The notes below the pieces were generated by a model that was given only the letters and a program-made list of their open reading frames with translations, ran no database searches and was not told where the DNA came from. Of a stretch of DNA of 64,000 nucleotides, positions 50,001 through 59,000 are shown in pieces. Every line of letters starts with the position of its first letter. Position 1 is the stretch's first letter. Source of the DNA: Phoronis australis (lineage: Eukaryota > Animalia > Phoronida); the NCBI GenBank assembly GCA_002633005.1, contig NMRA01000194.1, forward strand, positions 206,458 through 270,457. The letters run 5' to 3'. A program made the position numbers and the translations under genes.

Positions 50001-53000
50001 ACTTTGTGTATTTTTGTCAGAAATCATTTAATTAATCATGATATCTAATTGACCATAATTGGTGTTTTTAAGTACCTTATAATAGTGAGCATCTCCGCAC
50101 CTGAATCTCCAGGAACTTAAATAATTGTCAGACTGTCACACATCCAGTCACCCGCCGACTCAGTGACATTGGTATATTCAGTCTTACCGAGACAATCTCA
50201 AACGTTTTACTAGTAGATGAGACCAGTTAGGGCTAAATAAAACATGTTCTGCTTTACTGATTATGTTAATTTCTTTAGTTAAACGCACACTGAGATCGTT
50301 ACATGTGTTTACAATGGCAAATGAACACTGGTGACATGCACGCGCTCGCTCACACACACGCGTACACAACCTTCAAAACAAACGTCTTGAGATTTTTCTC
50401 GTGTTGCGGGGTACAATCTTGTGCAGATTTGGAGTTAACCTGCAGTTAATCCCGACTAGACAGGAACTTAAAAATTTAGGTACACTATTTGGAAAACTTT
50501 AAGCGATGATTTCAGGTAATTTGTTGAGTCAAAACTGTATTTTTATTCATGCTGCCATATCGACGATCGCGAGACAGTGACACATCGGCGAGTTTTTGCC
50601 CTGGTATTTCAGCACAATATTCTGTAAAATGATCGTAATGTAACAATGAAGTTTGATAGGAATGCACCACAGTTTTGTAGAAAGTCTCCCATAGATTACA
50701 GATACGTGACAGAGCATATATCTGAAGAATCCTAGCTTCCGATTTCACCCGTTTCGGAGACCGGGTTTCTACCGCCTTAGGTTTCAATAAGCAACCCCCT
50801 GCAACGAATTTTTCTAAGCGCCCAGGCGATTATTAGAGAAATACGGTATTCATAATATGACTCCACAGTTTCGTATACCACCTAGAATACCTAATTCGTT
50901 AGAGTAAACAAACGAATTCATATGCGTTTCCCCATCTAAGCGGACAGAAGAGTAAGACCTGTTAAAACTGATATTTTCTAAAGATATAGATTGTGTTCAG
51001 TTATAAAATGGTTGCGATTGATATATACGGTAAAGTCGCGTGATTTTCGGACACTGAAAATTAATTCCAATAGAAAAAATTCATTCTTGGACGAATCTCG
51101 CGAAACATCATTTCTGTGGTGTCCGAATTTGGCGGACCTCCAAATTTGGGTTTCCGCTGGTGTCCGAATTTCGTGAGTGTACATTATTTCGATGAGCGGT
51201 CGTAGTATCAACATTGCTGGCTCGTTCANAATTTTACCCAACAATGTATTGTTTGTTAGGTAAAATGGCGGCTTGGAAAGAAAGGCGTGACAAGAATGCT
51301 GTGGTCTGATTGGTCAGTTAAGCCGACACTCAAAATTGTGTCAATAGGACAATTATGCCATTCCCAACATATTCAGGATTGTCACTAACTCAATCTTCTT
51401 CCTCAGAACACTATATACTCATTTTTGTACTGTACTATATAATGCCAATGTTGTCGATAAAAATCCAGTAATTCGCTAGGTTGGCTATGTGTCCACAAGT
51501 TCACCCCAGAGTCAGTATTGATAATGTTAATTATTCCTGGCTGCAAAGTAAAAACAAGTCCAGCAAAGTCAAGATCGAGGGACAAAACGGAACTTCATGA
51601 ATCATCTGGAAGATTCGACGTTCAAACAGCCTCGCAGAATTCATGAACTGATTGCATAATTGCGTTTTTGCCAATTACTCGCTATTTTAAGAAAAAACTG
51701 CTACCCATGGAGCTCAATGTAAAAATTGGCTTGTTTCCTCTGCCCACTTCATTTCATTTACGGTTAGTTCATACACATATAATTGCCAGAAATTCTCCTG
51801 TTCATTTTGTGGTTCTACACTGTTGTGAATGTCTAGAATTTTTCCAAATATTGTCTGATGGCAGCTCCGCTACAGAGTAGAAAATAGTAAAGCCCTCCTA
51901 GGCTACTACTTGATGTTCGGGAAAAAATAAGAAAATAACGTTCAAATTATGTGCTATGTTGTGCTCTCCACTGCTCAGATTTTATTATTTAATTATCCAA
52001 ACAAAGATACCATTCTTGATACCTAAAAAGTATGTACCATATACATAATGTTTTTCGCTGTGCCATTTTCCAATATCTTAGATCAATCAAAAATCGTTAA
52101 TTATCAACGCCAGTTTGAGAAGTTCAATTAACTCAAGTTCGCAGTGCACATCGACGATTCTCTTGTGCCATCGCTACCATGGTCTGTCAATAACATCGCA
52201 CAGTCTTCAAATAAAACATAGGCAAATACACAGTGCACTGATTAGCTTGCGTACAGGCAAGCAAACGGCATGTTTCAGGACCTCAAATTCTTGGTGGATA
52301 CATTCACAGACACAGTCACTTTTAAGGTCTGACGACCAGCATACAACAAAAACATGGTAATAGGGCTCAAACTGAAAGTGAGCATTAGAAGTACCACAAT
52401 ACACATAGCTCGCAGCACTTGCAGGTCTAAAAGACAAAAGTAATCATGCATTCAATGACTCCCCCTCCAGGAATATTAGTTTTTGGTGAAGACAAACCTT
52501 CATCAAAGGGACATCCTCAATCGTAATGACAGAAAAAAACAGAAAATTCTGTTCTGGTTTTAAAAACAGCAACTCTCTTCAAAGGCATATTCGTTCTTTC
52601 AAAGCAACACCATTGCGTTCTTATCCTTTGAATTTAAATTGGTTACAAAAAAATCCTCTTGAATTCTCCAAGCTGCCACACTGACTTAGTGAGAGAGACT
52701 GACCCCCGTGACAACAGTTCTCAAGAAAAGAATTCATTTCAGATCAGCGTAATGAGCGAGACGAGACCGCTTGTACAACACTAAATGGTCCAAGTCAGAA
52801 GTCGACTTAAACGAGCGACATGGATTAATTGTCCCTGACACTGTATTATAGCTGCCAGTTGAAAAATTGGTTTGCTATAATTGACATGAAATTGATAAGT
52901 AGTTTCAAAGCGTGTACAATTATAATAACCGAATTGCACATAATCATTAATATTGGTACTATTGAATACCAATAAAATTTACGGAAAACCTAGTAGAGAA

Positions 53001-56000
53001 CAGGCGCAGCAGGACTCACTGACCAATTCTATCCATTCATCAGCATCATTGGTACAGATATCACACAAATAATTCATCAGATGACATGTACAAAAATGGC
53101 AATATGGCTGACAGTGTTGATTCACTATGATTCAGATAACCCTGCAGATTTCAAGACAAGCTATTNATCCCACGTGACTTCCTTTCACATAGATGACCTT
53201 TGACCTAGGAGCCTCAAAACGGGGCGTCTAAATGACTTACTATACTACTAACACCATTGCGTTCTTATCCTTTGAATTCAAATTGGTTACAAAAAAATCC
53301 TCTTGAATTCTCCAAGCTGCCACACTGACTTAGTGACAGAGACTGACCCCCGTGACAACAGTTCTCAAGAAAAGAATTCATTTCAGATCAGCGTAATGAG
53401 CGAGACGAGACCGCTTGTACAACACTAAATGGTCCAAGTCAGAAGTCGACTTAAACGAGCGACATGGATTAATTGTCCCTGACACTGTATTATAGCTGCC
53501 AGTTGAAAAATTGGTTTGCTATAATTGACATGAAATTGATAAGTAGTTTCAAAGCGTGTACAATTATAATAACCGAATTGCACATAATCATTAATATTGG
53601 TACTATTGAATACCAATAAAATTTACGGAAAACCTAGTAGAGAACAGGCGCAGCAGGACTCACTGACCAATTCTATCCATTCATCAGCATCATTGGTACA
53701 GATATCACACAAATAATTCATCAGATGACATGTACAAAAATGGCAATATGGCTGACAGTGTTGATTCACTATAATTCAGTTAACCCAGCAGATTTCAAGA
53801 CAAGCTATTAATCACAGCCTTGTCGTTTCACACTTATTAAGAGTTTTTTATTGTCAATGCATTCTAGACCAAACCAGCAATCACAACTTGGCACGCAACA
53901 AAGATTCTTGTACGCCAAACGGAAAAGTGTACAAGACACAAGATGGATTAGTTGTAACTTGTTAGTCATTTCAAGCCAACTAGTACAGCTCTATCACTAA
54001 CTCATTACATTAGGTTTGTAAACCTATACTAATCACAGTCAAGTATATTTCATGGGAAGAAAGTAAACTGCGAAGTAAACACGCAGTCTTGTGATTCTTA
54101 AGTTATTTCGCAGAAATGAGATTGACAAATTTGTACGCGATCCGGAAGCTGAGGTGAACACATGAAGGTGTCAAAATTTCTAATCTGTTGTCTATCATCT
54201 TTAGATGTAGTAAGATACGGTAGACTAAGTCAAAAGATTAGAAGGGGCTATGAAATGAAAAAGAACACTAAATCAAAAGAAAAATAGGTAGAAATTTGCT
54301 TCATTGCCAACATTCAGTGGTACAAAGTTTCATCAACACTACTGTCCCTTGACGACCATGTGTAAGTGACCTGGGTACAACAGTAACAGGAACACACGTC
54401 AGCAGTTTTGAGACAACTCATTGCCACAGAATACGAATCTTTTAAGCGTTAACATTACTAGCACTTTCGCTGCTAGAAAAGTTACTGACAAAAATGCTAC
54501 TGTTTTGGCCAGTTTCTGAATGTGGTACAACACAAGGAAAAACAAAGTAGAATAAAACAAAAAAGGCCCAACCCCCCCATAAAATCACAGGTATGACAGA
54601 TCAGCAAACGCATGGCCTACCTTAATCAGAAGCATGGATGAGATACTGAAGTTCAAACAAAGACTTCCTAATTAATTACACGCGAACGTGATGTATAGCT
54701 TGTTTAACATAATCACACGGCAGATGCCAGCAGGATAACTAGGTGGCTAACATTTTCATGGTGTACATTAATGTATTGTTCACACCAAAGCGACAATTGC
54801 TTTTAAAACCTATTTAAAGGATGTCACTCTTGGTGTGAACAGTTTAAAACCGGTTTCAAAAAAATTTAACTGCAGCGCAGTTATAACCCTCTGAGAGAAT
54901 GGTTTAACGAGAGGTTATAACTTATAATCGTTGTGACTCGGATGAACAAGACTATTGCAAAAGTTATAATGCAGTAGGTGGCACTGTTGTCAAATATCGG
55001 GAAAAAATGGCGCACTGACGCACTAATTGGAAAGCGATTGCACTGCCGACTAGTGACNATAACTAGGTGGCTAAGATTTTCATGGTGTACATTAATGTAT
55101 TGACATGTTCACACCAAAGCGACAATTGCTTTTAAAACCTATTTAAAGGATGTCACTCTTGGTGTGAACAGTTTAAAACCGGTTTCAAAAAAATTTAACT
55201 GCAGCGCAGTTATAACCCTCTGAGAGAATGGTTTAACGAGAGGTTATAACTTATAATCGTTGTGACTCGGATGAACAAGACTATTGCAAAAGTTATAATG
55301 CAGTAGGTGGCACTGTTGTCAAATATCGGGAAAAAATGGCGCACTGACGCACTAATTGGAAAGCGATTGCACTGCCGACTAGTGACTAAAACCACGAACT
55401 AAGGTTACAACAGTTTTAAATAGCAGTGTGCACGGTAATGATAACGCATAACAGTTATAACTATGCTAGGAAGAGTTTCAGTTTAGTTGGTATGAACACA
55501 GGGTAAGAAAAGATCATTTTTGCAGTGGGATAGAAGAAAACAGGCGAGTCAATCTTCAATCTAAAAAATATCACTATTATAAGTAATTCAGAGATAGAAT
55601 TTTGTCATTGTTTTGCTATTTCTAAGGACACGTGCTGCCACTAAACGCCCACCGGTCTCCCTATATCTCACCTTTCTGGCATTTTCAACCAAATTCACTC
55701 ATTCACTCCTTCCCGATGAGTGCAAACATATTTCAGATTACGCCACATGCAAAGCTGAACAATTAATTACATTTAGAACACTTTTTTCAAACAAACAAGT
55801 GGCCATCTTAAGTTAAAATTAACCTCTCAAATTTTGTCTTATCAAACAGCTTACGAGAAAGCAATTTTGATTTCAAAAAGCCTCTAAACTGAAGAAGAGG
55901 GCAATTTAGCTAAATCACACGTTGTGAGATACTCGAACGTGATGAGTATCCTATTGATCTTACAGTTACTGCTTCAGGAACACAGTTCTAGAAACACTTC

Positions 56001-59000
56001 ATCACCTTTAACAGCCATTTTCTCCCACATATACCGTACTACTTTAAACCACATTGTGTAGGCAAGACACTTGCCCAGACTTGAAATGACAGATAGCAAC
56101 AAATCACGATATGAAAATATAATAAGAACTCAAAAAATAACCAAAAACAGGCGAGTCCAGAAGAATATTCTGAGGAGCTAACGTCAAATAAAATAATAGC
56201 TCTAGGTTCTTTTCTAAAGCGTGCCACTGACAGCAGGCCAAGATTGGCAGAAAATTTCAACAAACCCATCCCAAATGCTGCACCTGGAACTCAAGACAAT
56301 TTTACCCAGGCAAAAATGCTTCGAGTTCAGAATAACACGTGCAGAGATTTTCGAAAAACTTACAAACCAAAATTTGAATTTCCATCATTCGCATACAATC
56401 AGGCAGCAACAATCTTAAAAGAAATTGGAGCAGCTGAACGCTTAACATCATCCCTACGTGTCATGTGACCACAGATTTCGGGGACCCTTTAACCCATCAC
56501 GTCACAGAACTCAGTCTCACCTCTCTCCGCTCCCTTTCCAGTCTACACCTCCACAAGTTGACCGTTGTCAGAAACAGAACTAGGGTCAAGGCCAAAGCCA
56601 CTGTCCACTGCTCGCTCATCAATGCATGACTATCGCCCGACTGATCACTGTTGGCTAGCCTCACAACAAACAGCCACCAAGCAGACACGAGCATGCCCAC
56701 CACATTCAGACAGCTTCATGACTCCACTACATGTTCACGCGGATAAGTCTGGTGTAATGAGTCCAACTTGTTACGTAGACTTTAGAAGAAATCAATATGT
56801 CGACTCGCGTGATTCAAAACAATGCACATCGAAATCAATCACATAATCACCACTTAGAATGCCACAGAATATGGTAGGTGGTTCCGCATGAAGGCCAGAA
56901 GAGAGTTGGCTATTTATAGACGGTCAGATATTTAGTAACCAATGCTTTCTTGAGATGACATTCACAATTATAAACAAGTAATAATACACTATGCTCTAAT
57001 CTAAGCTCACACTGTGAAGCTGCCAGTGATAAAGCTGCCACCTATGGTGAAGCATTTGAACCGATAACACTGGGTAATGGGCAATTTTTCTGAAGTACTT
57101 TCACATTTCATCAAATACCTTTTTTATCTAACGGTAAATAACTTTTTATCAAATAACTTTTTATCTGTCCCACTTCAACCTTTAAATGTTCATATTTTCT
57201 GAAACCTCGACTACTGAATAATCTTAATTCATGCCTTCGAATGTTCTAGTTGTTTCTAACTGTGTAAAAGCCATTTTTGTGAAAATTGTCATTCTAGAAA
57301 CCTTTACTGCTGACAATGTACTCTTACTGTCAATAAACAGGGAACCATATTTCAGATTTTTATTGAAACTCAAACTGTAGAGATGTCACCCACCAAAACC
57401 CTTTAAAAGGATACTAAACCCCCAATTTGATGATTTCAACCAATCCTCGTTCTGTCACCTGGTAATGCACCACTGGCATCAATCTTCCAAGTTAACGACA
57501 GGAATCAACAAAAAACTCGGGTTGCCTATGTCACAGGTAGGACATTATGGACAATGGTCCTTAGTGGGTGGTCTTTTCCCATAGTTGCCATGTAATTTAC
57601 TAAAAGCTAAAAGCGTAGGTCACCCTTGCTTGTTTAGCAGACTTTGAAAGAAGTTTTAAAATTTTCCTCCAAACTTTTGAGGGTTGTCGAGGTTTACAGT
57701 GTATTATTCTGTTTCAGAGGACTGGATGGAAAAGTCATTTTTAGTATCCGTTAATAGGCCAAAACCAGGTTTGGTATCATTTTAAATGAGGTCACAAATC
57801 TTCATTTCTGACAACCGATATCTCCGCAGTTCGAAAGTAAATCAAAACTCTCAAACACACATTGCCTGGTCATAGACCATCAAATAAATGACATCGTGCA
57901 AAAATTCATTGAAATCGAATCATGCAAGAAAGAGTAATCGATGACTGTTCAAATCTGCTACAAAAGTCTTGACAATCAAAAAGCCTGAAAATGGCCAAAA
58001 AGACTGGCTGTAGAATTGAAATTGACGCGAGTTGTACCAAAGAATTCGTATATTTGGCGTCTGAATAATCCGTTTTAAGAAAAGTTATGTGTGGTCAAGA
58101 CAAACATAGAGCAACTTCTGTACAAGATGTGAATGTCGGATTTTTGAAGAAACTTCCACCAAGATTACCAGTCACCACAAAACAGTTAAGTGCACCTTTG
58201 CCCTTCACATACGCCATAAAATCTTAACAATATAGGACACACTATGGCAGACAAGTGAAATTTTATTTTTTTCCATGAAAGATGGGCAGCACTAAAGTAA
58301 CAATGCTTTAACATGTTCGAGGTCTGCAGCACATAAAAAATAATTACAGGCAGTCTGGTATACGTTGTACCTGAGTCTGCATCATGGCTACCACCAGACA
58401 ATACTGCGACAAATTGTGGACACTCACAACAATGATAGAAGCCTATGAGAAATGAATGAAGGGCTACCATATTACCTTAACTGTTTTTGTCCAAAAGTGG
58501 TGAGATTTTACCACAAAAACTTCATCCAGGCACTCTACAGTGCACTTCATCTAGGCACTCTACAGTGCACTTCATCTAGGCACTCTACAGTAAACGTCAT
58601 CTACACTCATGCATTACTAAAAAGTGGCCATTTCAATCTGGCTACAAAAGAAAAAATACGAGATATGACTCACATCAAAATAGTGTTTTAAATAAAAATT
58701 TCAAAAACACCTCAAAAGTACAGCCTTAAAAATCAGGACATGACTTTTCAGTTTTTCAGTAGTTGAAGTTACGATTAGGATATATGTCACTGCTACTCAA
58801 TATTGAAACCTCCTGTTCAACACTCCAATAGAACTGGGCAGGAGAGCATGCATGGGATAGTCATGCCCTCTGGTGGGCATACACATAAACTGAGAACACT
58901 TAACGATACCTGAACAAAACTTGCAACAAAACATATTTAACAAGGCTGCGTTTCATAGACCCAGAACACTAGTATGATGGTGCACTTTACACGTAATCTG

